From Patescibacteria group bacterium (GTDB taxonomy: Bacteria > Patescibacteriota > Doudnabacteria > UBA920), in contig WARV01000005.1 of NCBI GenBank assembly GCA_013387205.1, positions 27,924 through 91,923 of the forward strand: DNA of 64,000 nucleotides, in the 5' to 3' direction. The notes under the pieces are model-generated. The model searched no databases. It had not been told where the DNA came from and saw nothing but the letters and a program-made list of their open reading frames with translations. This document shows positions 39,258 to 48,920 of this stretch, piece after piece. The first letter of the stretch is position 1; each line of letters opens with the position of its first letter. Made by a program: the position numbers and the translations under genes.

Positions 39258-40008
39258 AGAAATTGAAATCAAATACGGTGACCAGTTTGCACTTGGCGAG
39301 CATAAGTTACTGTGTGCGGATGCCGCTGACACCAAAACCATTTCCGCTTTCATCGGCAACGCTAAAATCAGCCAGATAAACTGTGATGTTCCATACGGAA
39401 TTGAGTATGCCCAATCGAAGGCTGGCTTTGGCAAAATTAAGGTGGACAAGGAAATTTTAAACGACGATTTTGTCTCAGACAGCCAGTATGCAGCCTTTAC
39501 CAAATCCTGGCTGGATGCCGTGGTACCACACCTGGCCAAAAAGAATTCCGTGTATATCTTTAACTGCGATAAAATGTTGTTTGCCCTTCGTGACGGTATG
39601 CAGCAAGCTGGAGTGAAATTTTCCCAGCTTCTCATCTGGATCAAGAGCCAGGCAGTCATTGGACGCAAAGATTATCTGCCAGCCCACGAACTTATTGCTT
39701 ATGGCTGGGCCGGAACTCACGAGTTCCACCGTTCCAAAGACAAAAGCGTACTGTATTATCCTAAGCCTTCCAAAAGTCCACTTCACCCGACTCAAAAACC
39801 AGTTGGCCTTATTCGTAAGTTAATTCTGAATAACACGAAAATTGGGGATACGGTTTACGACTGCTTTAGTGGTAGCGGAACTTGTTTAATTGCTTGCGAG
39901 CAAACCAGGCGTAAATGCTTGGCGGTTGAACTTGACCCACAGTATTGCCAGACTATTATTACCCGCTACGAAAAATTAACAGGTATTAAGGCTAAAAAGT
40001 TAACTTAA
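39217..40008 (+). CDS. N6A/N4C DNA methyltransferase (phage type)
   Basis: LGEHKLLC.D, DVPY, HPTQKPV, DCFSGSGT, ELDP.YC. Confidence 0.88.
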   Translation: MKLMPNKKLKNSTKEIEIKYGDQFALGEHKLLCADAADTKTISAFIGNAKISQINCDVPYGIEYAQSKAGFGKIKVDKEILNDDFVSDSQYAAFTKSWLDAVVPHLAKKNSVYIFNCDKMLFALRDGMQQAGVKFSQLLIWIKSQAVIGRKDYLPAHELIAYGWAGTHEFHRSKDKSVLYYPKPSKSPLHPTQKPVGLIRKLILNNTKIGDTVYDCFSGSGTCLIACEQTRRKCLAVELDPQYCQTIITRYEKLTGIKAKKLT

Positions 40009-40012
40009 GTTT

Positions 40013-40447
40013 ATGATTACCGACAAACAAAAACAATTATTACTTGAGCAATTGAGAAAAACGCCGATCATCCAGTTGGCTACTGAAAAAACCGGCATCT
40101 CTCGCATGACTTACTATCGCTGGAGACGGGAAAGCCAAAAGTTTAAAAGGGCGGCTGACGAAGCCTTGGCCCAGGGAGAGCTCCTGATTAACGATTTATC
40201 TGAAGGGGTGCTCATATCTTTAATTAAGGAGAAAAATTTTCAGGCAGTTTCCCTGTGGCTAAAACAACACCATCCTAAGTATGCGGCAAGGTTAGAAATT
40301 TCCGGCCGCATCGAGCATGAAGACGGCAATCTTTCGGCTAAGCAAAAAGCCATTATTAAGCAGGCCCTGCGCCTGTCTATGATTAACAAACAAAACTACT
40401 ATGAACAAAGAAAAGGAGTTCCAAAAGATCCAGCACTGGATGCTTAG
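40013..40447 (+). CDS. Putative terminase small subunit (HTH)
   Basis: GISRMTYYRW HTH; overlaps TerL start. Confidence 0.75.
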   Translation: MITDKQKQLLLEQLRKTPIIQLATEKTGISRMTYYRWRRESQKFKRAADEALAQGELLINDLSEGVLISLIKEKNFQAVSLWLKQHHPKYAARLEISGRIEHEDGNLSAKQKAIIKQALRLSMINKQNYYEQRKGVPKDPALDA

Positions 40448-41900
40448 TGACATTAAAGTCAGGAGGGAAATCGTTACCAAAGACCACAGTTGGTTTTTCA
40501 GCTATTACTTAACCGGCCACCACGACCTGGAAACCGCCCCTTTCCAGCACGAGATGCTGGCTATCACCGAAGACCCAAAAGTCGATTTGGCGGTGATAAC
40601 CGCCTTTAGGGACAGCGGCAAAAGTACTATTTGTACCCTGTCTGGCGTATTGTGGTCGGTCTTAGGATGCCAAAAGAAAAAGCTGGTTATCATTATCGGC
40701 AAGACTTTAGACAAAGCCCAGACCCATCTGGTCAACATCAAGCACGAGTTGGAAAATAATGAGATGCTCAGGAAAGACTTAGGGCCTTTCCAAGAAATCA
40801 GTGGTCAGTGGGGCCTTCAGGCTTTGATTATTCCAAAGTACAATGCCAAGATCATGGTAAGCTCAGTCGGCCAATCCGTGCGTGGTGAAAAATATTTGCA
40901 AAGCCGCCCTGACCTGATTATTTTGGACGACGTGGAAGATCTGGAATCCGTCAAAACCAAAGAGAGCCGTGACGGCCTCTGGAACTGGTTTGTCGGCGAA
41001 GTCCTGCCTGCCAGAAGCCATAACAATTCCAAAGTCATCGTGGTAGGCAACCACCTGCACGAAGATTCGCTGCTTAAAAAGCTTCAAAAGAAAATTGAAG
41101 CCGGGGAAATTGACGGGATCTACCGTGAATATCCGATTATGGATAAAGATAAAAATCCCTTGTGGCCAGCCAGGTATCCTGACATGGCGGCTATCGAAGC
41201 CAAAAGAAAAAGTACTATGGACGAGCGAGCCTGGTACCGCGAGTTTTTGCTAATTATTCTGCCTGACGACGACCAAATCGTTAAGTCTGAATGGCTGCAG
41301 GAGTACGAACCTGGACAGCTTCCTGATAAGGATTTTCGCTATGCGGCGATGGGTGTGGATCTGGCTATCTCCCAACGCAGTAAGGCAGATAGTACCGCAA
41401 TAATTCCGGTTTATGTTTACGGAAACCAAGAAAACCTCAAAGTTTACCTGCTGCCACACCCAATCAACAAGCAGATGACAGGGTTGGAAACTTTGCAAAC
41501 ACTTAAAAATCTGTCTGACACTTTAAGCACAAGAGGCCGTGCCAAAATTTTTATCGAGAACAACGGCATGCAGCAGGTATTTGTTGAACAATTACAGAAC
41601 GCAGGATATCCGGCAGTAGGTATGCCTTCTTACGGCTCTGACAAACCGGGTAGGTTTAAATCCATCAGCCACTTGATCCAGGGAGCTAAAGTTTTCTTTC
41701 CCAAAGGGTGTTATCAAGAACTGCGGCAGCAGATGCTGGGCTTTGGCGTGGAAGCCCATGATGACTTGGTTGACGCCCTGACTTTACTGCTCCAAGGTGT
41801 AATGAAGGAAGATAGGCCAGCATGCAGGACTGGATGTTTTCCAGTGCCGACATGGTCAACCGGTAGGACTGAGTTCGGAAAAAGCATTGCGGTGTATTAA
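40401..41900 (+). CDS. Terminase large subunit
   Basis: FRDSGKST Walker A, IILDDVED Walker B, LWP, GVDLA and HDDLVDA RNase H-like nuclease motifs. Confidence 0.9.
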   Translation: MNKEKEFQKIQHWMLSDIKVRREIVTKDHSWFFSYYLTGHHDLETAPFQHEMLAITEDPKVDLAVITAFRDSGKSTICTLSGVLWSVLGCQKKKLVIIIGKTLDKAQTHLVNIKHELENNEMLRKDLGPFQEISGQWGLQALIIPKYNAKIMVSSVGQSVRGEKYLQSRPDLIILDDVEDLESVKTKESRDGLWNWFVGEVLPARSHNNSKVIVVGNHLHEDSLLKKLQKKIEAGEIDGIYREYPIMDKDKNPLWPARYPDMAAIEAKRKSTMDERAWYREFLLIILPDDDQIVKSEWLQEYEPGQLPDKDFRYAAMGVDLAISQRSKADSTAIIPVYVYGNQENLKVYLLPHPINKQMTGLETLQTLKNLSDTLSTRGRAKIFIENNGMQQVFVEQLQNAGYPAVGMPSYGSDKPGRFKSISHLIQGAKVFFPKGCYQELRQQMLGFGVEAHDDLVDALTLLLQGVMKEDRPACRTGCFPVPTWSTGRTEFGKSIAVY

Positions 41901-41908
41901 AATGGCCG

Positions 41909-42604
41909 CTAACAAACGAATTTTTTCTGTTTTTTGCTGTATGAACACTTAACCGCATCAGTTTTGCCGTCTGATAAGCATTGCCTTACCAACTCGATCA
42001 GCTGGTCAGATATGACTTTGCCTTTTTGGTATGCATAATGGTAACCGAAGTTGCCTTTGCTCGGATGCGGTACGCCAATGATTTTGCGATTAGGATAAAC
42101 GTAAGCCAGTAACTCAAAAGCGTGATTGCCCACAGCAATCAGCGGCGTATTTTCCGGTATTAGAGAAATTTCTTTACTGAGGTAATTGCTGATGCTGTAG
42201 CGTATGGTGTTGAGAGATAAGGCTTTAACGTTTTTATTGCTTTGGCATTTAACTAATTCTGTCCAGAGGATTGGGCCGGTTAAACCAGTCTTGTCAGCCA
42301 AGTCCCGTAGCGGACCATAAAAATTTATATAGTCTTTGCGATTGAGTTCCCAGTAGCGCACAGCAGCTGGGTAATTTCGGTTTGCCTTGTCTGTAAAATA
42401 TATGGTTTCCTCCGGCCTTGCACGGCCAGGGTTCATGCCGACAATGATAGCACTTTTGCCCTTGCGGCCGTCTATTTCGTAGTAAAGGCATCGGGCGATG
42501 ATGCCTTGTTCGGGTTGGTAGTCGATATCAGAAAAGCTTTGCCAGGTTTTGTCATCCATCATGCGCTGGCCAATTACGGCGATTTGTTCGGAGATTGATT
42601 GCAT
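41909..42604 (-). CDS. Uracil-DNA glycosylase superfamily-like protein
   Basis: IVGMNPG motif A, TELVKC, IAVG..A, PHPS motif B. Confidence 0.7.
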   Translation of the reverse strand: MQSISEQIAVIGQRMMDDKTWQSFSDIDYQPEQGIIARCLYYEIDGRKGKSAIIVGMNPGRARPEETIYFTDKANRNYPAAVRYWELNRKDYINFYGPLRDLADKTGLTGPILWTELVKCQSNKNVKALSLNTIRYSISNYLSKEISLIPENTPLIAVGNHAFELLAYVYPNRKIIGVPHPSKGNFGYHYAYQKGKVISDQLIELVRQCLSDGKTDAVKCSYSKKQKKFVC

Positions 42605-42610
42605 AGCTTT

Positions 42611-43261
42611 TTAAGTTTTAATTTTCAGAGGCATGCCTGCCTTTGTGACTTCCCATCCTTTCAAGTACCGAAAAAGAATCCCCGTAATTTCCATAAAAGC
42701 CATAAGCGCTTCCAGATAACCAGAGTCTGGTATAGCTTCGTCCATGGAGCTGATTTTAATCACTACAGTATGTTCGGATTCGTTGGGTTTGCTCAAAGCA
42801 TTGGCAAAATGTTTGTCCGAAAGATGGATGTATCCTGAAGTATGTTCGTAGACATTTTTTAATTGCGGGTACTCCTGGGCAAGGCTTTCGATAAGGTAGC
42901 CGTCTTTTAGTTTTCGGCCATCTTTATCTTTCAGCGTATTAATTTTGGTTCCTTTAAAAACTTCCATGGCAAAATCATGAAGATCTTTTACCAGCCACGC
43001 TGCTCGGTAGCGCAGTAAATTATCCAGTTGCATGCGAATCAGCGGGGCTGCGGCTATAAAATTATGTTTTTCAATCAGATCGCAGAATCCCGACATTAGG
43101 CATAATGAGCGGTTCATGACTGCAAAAGAAAACAGATCCATAGGATACAGTTTTCCATCAGCTGCCCTCATTATTTTTTCTCCCACTTCTTTATGGTCAT
43201 TGACCGTAGAACGCAGACTTGCAATTGCTTGCTTGATTTTGTCAGAAAGCTCTATTTCCAT
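42611..43261 (-). CDS. Helical protein, DUF5677/HEPN-like
   Basis: AA.LIR..LD and Y...S.YIH motifs. Confidence 0.55.
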   Translation of the reverse strand: MEIELSDKIKQAIASLRSTVNDHKEVGEKIMRAADGKLYPMDLFSFAVMNRSLCLMSGFCDLIEKHNFIAAAPLIRMQLDNLLRYRAAWLVKDLHDFAMEVFKGTKINTLKDKDGRKLKDGYLIESLAQEYPQLKNVYEHTSGYIHLSDKHFANALSKPNESEHTVVIKISSMDEAIPDSGYLEALMAFMEITGILFRYLKGWEVTKAGMPLKIKT

Positions 43262-43281
43262 GTTTTTGTCCCAATGGCTAA

Positions 43282-44592
43282 TTAAGAAATTTTTACCAGT
43301 AGTAATGCTATGACATTTTCCATTGATTTAAATACAAGCGACAAAGTTTTGTCATCTTTTAAAATAAATCCTTTATGAGCATAAGCGCACCGTAATTTGT
43401 AAAGATCATTAAACCACGGCAGCAATTCCGGCTTTAGCGCATGAATGCCGCCGACAATATATTTCTTGTTGTCGCTATTCACATTTTTAGGTACAAAAAG
43501 GTGTTCCAAGCTGCAATACATAAGCAAAATTTTAGCGCCAAGATCTGGAATCTGAGTGGCAGAACTCAAGATGTCCAGCGTAGGTTGAATATCATTGACA
43601 CTCCTCTCAGTCCAAGGGTTTTTCAAGCTATCCAAAATTTTTTGGTTTTCTAAAAAGAACTTTTCTATTCCGCCAAACGTACGATCGTCGATATACATCT
43701 TAGCCAGGCCTCGGTAGCCGTAAGACAAAAACAGGCAGCCATCGGGCGTCTTTAGCCAAGGTTCTCTTTTGTCTTCGTCCCAACTAAAAACTCCCAAGTA
43801 GCCGCTGTTTAGAAGGACAGGCGAAGTTGGCGCTTCCAGCCTAACGTCAGATTGCCCGAAATCCATCTGTGGCCGGTAGATGAAACTGGCGATTCGCAGC
43901 ATATTAAAAAAAGTTCTGAGCCAAGCGGAAGCGTACCAGTAGGCATAAGTCATCGATCCTTCGGTTGCAAATCCTATGGAAGGAGAGTGAAAAAAATTTT
44001 TGGCTTCTTTTTTATTATACTGTCGTAAATGGGGTTGGTATTGTTGATGTTTGGCAACAAGCTGGCTGGCTTTCAAAAAACAGACAAACGGCAGACTAAG
44101 TTTTGCAAATAAGCCGTCAAAAAATGCCTGCACGTCTCCAAATGGAGTATCGAAATACGAGACTGTGGTTACTAACGTCTGCGATTGAACAAATCCTTTC
44201 AAGCGCTCGAAATATTCCTCAATGATTGCCTGATATCCTTTTGTTTTATCACGCCAAGGCACTACGAATTGACTTTCGTCAACATACGACCCGCCCCCAA
44301 CCCTTTTGTGATATTCCTTTTCATCACTAAATTCAAAAGCCATTTTGCAGCGAAATAAAATATTAGTTACGTCAGCGGGAGAAATTTTCAGGCCTTTATC
44401 GACGAAGTATTCGCACTCTTTCTGTATTAAAGGCAGCAAAAAACGCTGGTGATAATATTGTTCTTTACCCCATTTATCAACGGGTGGCATCAATTTGGCA
44501 AGAGAGGCTTCTGTATCAGCCACTCGCTCGAGATGTAGCCACATCTGCTCACCAATTTGGTTTTTGACGGTTTGTAAAAAAGAAGTCGGCAT
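43282..44592 (-). CDS. HEPN domain protein (ApeA-like C-terminus)
   Basis: SLEHLF...LYKLRCAYAHKG (RxxxxH); start ATG 44592. Confidence 0.78.
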   Translation of the reverse strand: MPTSFLQTVKNQIGEQMWLHLERVADTEASLAKLMPPVDKWGKEQYYHQRFLLPLIQKECEYFVDKGLKISPADVTNILFRCKMAFEFSDEKEYHKRVGGGSYVDESQFVVPWRDKTKGYQAIIEEYFERLKGFVQSQTLVTTVSYFDTPFGDVQAFFDGLFAKLSLPFVCFLKASQLVAKHQQYQPHLRQYNKKEAKNFFHSPSIGFATEGSMTYAYWYASAWLRTFFNMLRIASFIYRPQMDFGQSDVRLEAPTSPVLLNSGYLGVFSWDEDKREPWLKTPDGCLFLSYGYRGLAKMYIDDRTFGGIEKFFLENQKILDSLKNPWTERSVNDIQPTLDILSSATQIPDLGAKILLMYCSLEHLFVPKNVNSDNKKYIVGGIHALKPELLPWFNDLYKLRCAYAHKGFILKDDKTLSLVFKSMENVIALLLVKIS

Positions 44593-44635
44593 AGATATAT
44601 TGTAGCACTTTTCGGCCAAACTAGCGGCTTTTCCT

Positions 44636-44688
44636 TAGCTTTCCGGGGTCTGGACTTCCTCTGCAATTTGAGTCATTCCTTTGATTGT
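44636..44688 (+). repeat. 53-bp direct repeat, copy 1
   Basis: 46/53 identical to 46346-46398. Confidence 0.85.
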
Positions 44689-44722
44689 GAGTGATATTTT
44701 GTATATAATTAATAAAGAAGCT

Positions 44723-45643
44723 ATGTCAAAAATTACAAAACCTGTGTTAATAACAGAATATGGACACCTTTATAAGGGTGATTGTTTACAGATAATGAGA
44801 GGGATAAAATCTGAAAGCGTTGACCTGTTTTTTGCCGACCCTCCATTTAACCTGAATAAATCTTACGGGAATGGTGTCAGGGATGACTTGCAGGAAAGCG
44901 AATATCTGGAATGGTGCCACAAGTGGATTGATGAAGGCGTGCGCGTCCTTAAACCCGGAGGTTCATTTTTTCTCTATAATATTCCCAAATGGAATGTCCA
45001 GCTGGCAAGCTATATTTCCAAGTCTTTAAATTTCCGGAGCTGGATAGCAATAGAAATAACTTTTTCTCTTCCGATTAAAGGCAGGCTATATCCGTCTCAT
45101 TACTCCTTGCTCTATTTTGTAAAAGGTAAGAAGCCCAACACTTTTGAACCGCCAAGACTTCCAATGCAGGTTTGCCGTCACTGTGGTGGGGAAATAAAGG
45201 ATTACGGCGGATATAAAAATAAGATGAATCCCAAAGGGATCAACTTATCTGATATCTGGACTGATATACCGCCCGTTAGGCACAAGAAGTACAAAAATCG
45301 CGAAGCCAATGCTCTAAGCCTAAAACTGCTCGACAGGATCTTGGATATGTCCTCTAAAGAAGGTGATGTAATACTAGACCCTTTTGGTGGCAGCGGGACG
45401 ACTTATATAGCAGCCGAATTGAAAATGCGGAAATGGATTGGAATGGAGATATCTACCACTGATGAAATCACGAGACGATTTAAGAGCATGGCCAAGGATA
45501 AGGAATACTATGACTGCTTAAGAGAAAATGTAAATGTTTTATTTACAAAGAAAGCTTTGGAATTACGAAAAAAACACGGCCACCATAACGGTAAGTACGT
45601 GCTTAGCGAAACAAATATTACAAAACAAAAAGCGTTGTTCTAA
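44723..45643 (+). CDS. Type II DNA methyltransferase, M.BamHI-like (beta class)
   Basis: FADPPFN, LDPFGGSGTT; paired with BamHI-like endonuclease. Confidence 0.9.
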   Translation: MSKITKPVLITEYGHLYKGDCLQIMRGIKSESVDLFFADPPFNLNKSYGNGVRDDLQESEYLEWCHKWIDEGVRVLKPGGSFFLYNIPKWNVQLASYISKSLNFRSWIAIEITFSLPIKGRLYPSHYSLLYFVKGKKPNTFEPPRLPMQVCRHCGGEIKDYGGYKNKMNPKGINLSDIWTDIPPVRHKKYKNREANALSLKLLDRILDMSSKEGDVILDPFGGSGTTYIAAELKMRKWIGMEISTTDEITRRFKSMAKDKEYYDCLRENVNVLFTKKALELRKKHGHHNGKYVLSETNITKQKALF

Positions 45644-45646
45644 AAA

Positions 45647-46258
45647 CTATAATAAGGCTCTGCCATCCGTACCTTTTGGAATGCGCGGAGCTTTTTTATT
45701 TAGTCCGTCCTGCTCTACTACAATAATATAGATTACACCATTTTTGTACGGGATACTTTGCCAGAGCGGCAGGTATGGCGCTATTTCCCTGAAGTTACCG
45801 ACCCGGTCAGTAAGATAGGGATAGAGATTTGTAGATGGTAAAACCAATACTCCACCGGCGAGTTCTTTATTTAAAACTCCTAAGCAGATTTTATTCAGTG
45901 CCCTGTGGCTGGATGATATATTGCCAGTTTCCCATTCAATAGCAAACAGACCGAAAGGTGTTTCCCGGACAGCATCAAGAGGGCCTGTACCGGCCACTCC
46001 GCGCGGACGCAGGCGCAATTCATCCTTCCAGCCCTTGGTTTTCAAATAAGTTATACAAGCTTCTTTGATAGGTTTGACGCCGTTTCCCTCACCACGGCCT
46101 TTGCCTTTTGAGTTAGGATTTAAGTAAAAACCAGCAGAACCGGGAGGCCAGGAAATTTTACTAATCGCAGCCTTTATCTCTTTTTCTATTTGAACCATTA
46201 TTAAAGAGCGCGGTAAAGGACCTTTTTTCAAAATATATTTTGTATCAACGATTTTCAT
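45647..46258 (-). CDS. BamHI-family type II restriction endonuclease
   Basis: WP, NGVKPIKE, GPLD, EWETGNISSSHRALNK, YLTDRVGNF.E, IPKGTDG match BamHI motifs. Confidence 0.9.
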   Translation of the reverse strand: MKIVDTKYILKKGPLPRSLIMVQIEKEIKAAISKISWPPGSAGFYLNPNSKGKGRGEGNGVKPIKEACITYLKTKGWKDELRLRPRGVAGTGPLDAVRETPFGLFAIEWETGNISSSHRALNKICLGVLNKELAGGVLVLPSTNLYPYLTDRVGNFREIAPYLPLWQSIPYKNGVIYIIVVEQDGLNKKAPRIPKGTDGRALL

Positions 46259-46345
46259 ATTTCTGGCTAAAGTATAAATTAATTGTATCACTAAATTTAC
46301 CAGCAGTCACTACCAAGCCCATCAAAGAAAATACGACGTTTTTCC

Positions 46346-46398
46346 TAGCTTTGCGGGGTCTGGACTTACTTTGGAATTAGCGTCATTCCTTTGCTTGT
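46346..46398 (+). repeat. 53-bp direct repeat, copy 2, upstream of recombinase
   Basis: TAGCTTTGCGGGGTCTGGACTTACTTTGGAATTAGCGTCATTCCTTTGCTTGT. Confidence 0.85.
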
Positions 46399-46423
46399 AG
46401 AGATTATTAACTTTTACAAGCAT

Positions 46424-47731
46424 ATGCAAGCAAACCAAGGGGTTTTGGCGGGCAGTGTTGAGTACTGCCTGTATGCTCGGAAAAGTACCGAGCAGGATGA
46501 GCGACAGGCTTTGTCCATTGATTCCCAGATCAAGGAAATGATGAGCCTGGCCGAGCGGGAGAACTTAACTATTAAGGAAATCAGGCGGGAGAGCCATTCA
46601 GCAAAAAACTCCGGCTGTAGGCCCGTATACAACGAGCTGATTTTAGATGTCCGAAGCGGCAAGTTTTCGGGCATCCTGACTTGGGCACCGGACAGGTTAA
46701 GTAGGAATGCAGGTGACTTGGGAGCCATTGTGGATTTAATGGATCAGGGTCACTTAAAGGAAATCAGAACCCACGGCCAAAGGTTTACCAATTCGCCGAA
46801 CGAAAAATTCTTGCTAATGATCCTTTGTAGCCAGGCTAAGCTGGAAAACGACAACCGGGGCATTAACGTCAAGCGTGGCCAAAAGACCAAAGTGGAAATG
46901 GGTATGCGGCCATGCATGGCACCACTGGGATACCTGCAAATCATGGACGGCCGAAGCAGAAGGAGCAAGACCATAGTAGATTCAGAAAGAGCGCCCATAA
47001 TCAAAGACATTTTTGAATACGTAGCCTACGGCCACGCCTCAGGCCGGGACATTCTAAAGTGGATTAACAACAACACCAATTTTAAAACCCGAAAAAATAA
47101 ACCCGTAGCTTTAAGCATGGTCTATAACATGCTGAGAAACCCATTCTACTACGGCGAGTTTGAATACCCCAAAAACAGCGGCAAATGGTATCATGGTTTG
47201 CACGAGCCGCTGATTACCAAAGAGCTGTTCGACAAAGCCCAAGAAAAGCTGGATCAGGCACCCACAGCCAAAAGTTGGAACGCCAAGGTGTTTGATTACA
47301 CCAAGCTATTCCAGTGCGGCGTGTGCGGCTCTGGGGTTACAGCGCAGGAAAAGTTCAAGAAAATCAAGGACGGCAGCATGAGGCGGTATGTCTACTATAA
47401 CTGCACGGGAGGATTAAACCGGGAGTGTAAACAGCCATATATTAGGGAAGAAGAGCTGCAAAGCCAGCTGCTGGAATTAATCGACCAGGTCAACCTTGAT
47501 CAGATGGGTATCCAACAAAAAGTCATCGAGGAAGTGGAACGGTACAAAAAGCTGCTGCATGGCGTATTCGGGCAAAAAGACCAGCTAATTAAAATGTACG
47601 AGGTAGACCCCAAAGCTTATGCCAAACACATTCTTAGAGAGGGAACCAAAGACGAAAAGCGGGAAATATTATCCTGCTTTAAGGACCAGATTTACCTTAA
47701 GGACAAAAAGATTTATCTAAGTAAAAAGTAG
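46424..47731 (+). CDS. Large serine recombinase
   Basis: YARKST catalytic Ser, DRLSRN, recombinase domain NPFYYG...HEPLI, zinc ribbon CGVCG...YYNC. Confidence 0.95.
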   Translation: MQANQGVLAGSVEYCLYARKSTEQDERQALSIDSQIKEMMSLAERENLTIKEIRRESHSAKNSGCRPVYNELILDVRSGKFSGILTWAPDRLSRNAGDLGAIVDLMDQGHLKEIRTHGQRFTNSPNEKFLLMILCSQAKLENDNRGINVKRGQKTKVEMGMRPCMAPLGYLQIMDGRSRRSKTIVDSERAPIIKDIFEYVAYGHASGRDILKWINNNTNFKTRKNKPVALSMVYNMLRNPFYYGEFEYPKNSGKWYHGLHEPLITKELFDKAQEKLDQAPTAKSWNAKVFDYTKLFQCGVCGSGVTAQEKFKKIKDGSMRRYVYYNCTGGLNRECKQPYIREEELQSQLLELIDQVNLDQMGIQQKVIEEVERYKKLLHGVFGQKDQLIKMYEVDPKAYAKHILREGTKDEKREILSCFKDQIYLKDKKIYLSKK

Positions 47732-47739
47732 CTCCTAAA

Positions 47740-48759
47740 TTAAGCCTCAAGAAGTTTTGCCCGAATTTCATTTAAATGGACCGATCCGGACTGATCGGGC
47801 GGAAATATTTCTCTTAACGAATACGGAAAATATCCGCTAATGGCTGGCCAGAGGCGGTATGAATCAATAATAAAATTCCCGGCTTCAAATTTGTCCGGCG
47901 CTGTAGTTGTCAAAATATATAATTTTAGACCGTGATTTTTGGCCGCATCCCAGATAATTTTATTGACATGCTTATCGTGAAATCCGTAACCGATGACCAG
48001 CAATTTTTTATTGCCTTCCTTGAGGACAGCCTTAAATAATTCCAGATAATACTTCAGTAAGGGCTCGTTGTTTATTTCTTGTTCCTTGTTGACCCCAATA
48101 ATCATTTGGCTGCCGCCGTGCGCCGACCTCCAGCCGAACGAGCCATGCAGTTTTATGTAATGTAGGGTGTTAGTATTTTGAATAATTTCTTTTTCAGCCA
48201 AATCAGCGGCATTTTCGCCCGGCAAGGTAACGGAGTAAGTTGGCAAAAATTCCCTTTGTGATAGAGTAGTAAACTCCTGAGGGAATCTCGGCGCACCCGG
48301 GGACATAAAATTGTTTCTTCTTTCCATAAAGATATCCTGATTTAAGGTGAAAAAGAAACCTCTCTCTGAGGGAGTACCTACAAACAGATTCAAAAGCTCG
48401 CCAAGCTTATAAGTGTCTAAGGAGGTCGGATTATCGTCGTTCATCTGCCATGTCCGTATGGAATCGTCGAGTTGTTTGTAAACTTGTTCCATCACTGACT
48501 GCAAAACTTGCTTCTCTTCTTCAGTAAAAGCCGGGGTAGGCAGGCTGGTATTACCATCGCTATCAATTCCATGCACGACTTTGGAATAAACAGACTCGAA
48601 ATCATAATCCATGCTAAGCAGATTTTTGATACGTTCTTGCCGACTAATCTGAGCATGGTTAAAAATCTTTGACCACATTTCGCGGGCAAGAAAACCATTG
48701 AAGTTTTTGGTAAATCCAGCTCCAGTCAGTAAAACAAGGCGTTTTGAGGCAATAGGCAT
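47740..48759 (-). CDS. SIR2-like domain protein (putative NADase)
   Basis: LTGAGF, TLNQD, IKLHGS, IGYGFHD.HVN. Confidence 0.85.
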   Translation of the reverse strand: MPIASKRLVLLTGAGFTKNFNGFLAREMWSKIFNHAQISRQERIKNLLSMDYDFESVYSKVVHGIDSDGNTSLPTPAFTEEEKQVLQSVMEQVYKQLDDSIRTWQMNDDNPTSLDTYKLGELLNLFVGTPSERGFFFTLNQDIFMERRNNFMSPGAPRFPQEFTTLSQREFLPTYSVTLPGENAADLAEKEIIQNTNTLHYIKLHGSFGWRSAHGGSQMIIGVNKEQEINNEPLLKYYLELFKAVLKEGNKKLLVIGYGFHDKHVNKIIWDAAKNHGLKLYILTTTAPDKFEAGNFIIDSYRLWPAISGYFPYSLREIFPPDQSGSVHLNEIRAKLLEA

Positions 48760-48770
48760 GCGGGATAAAT

Positions 48771-48920
48771 TTAGTGTTCAATATTCCTTTCCTCTTCTGG
48801 CGACATCAGCAAACCTCCACCGCACACCGAACAGTCAGCAATATCAATAGTGACCTCTCGCCATTGCTGGCAATCCGAACAAAACCTTTTTACCACTAGT
48901 TCTCCGTTTTTAAATCTCAT
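48771..48920 (-). CDS. 49-aa CxxC-CxxC small protein (not in ORF track)
   Basis: MRFKNGELVVKRFCSDCQQWREVTIDIADCSVCGGGLLMSPEEERNIEH; ends 11 nt before the SIR2 start. Confidence 0.6.
   Translation of the reverse strand: MRFKNGELVVKRFCSDCQQWREVTIDIADCSVCGGGLLMSPEEERNIEH

Noticed and set aside
37959-41900. Complete prophage
   Set aside because: No portal, capsid, tail, lysis or replication genes recognised near the terminase.
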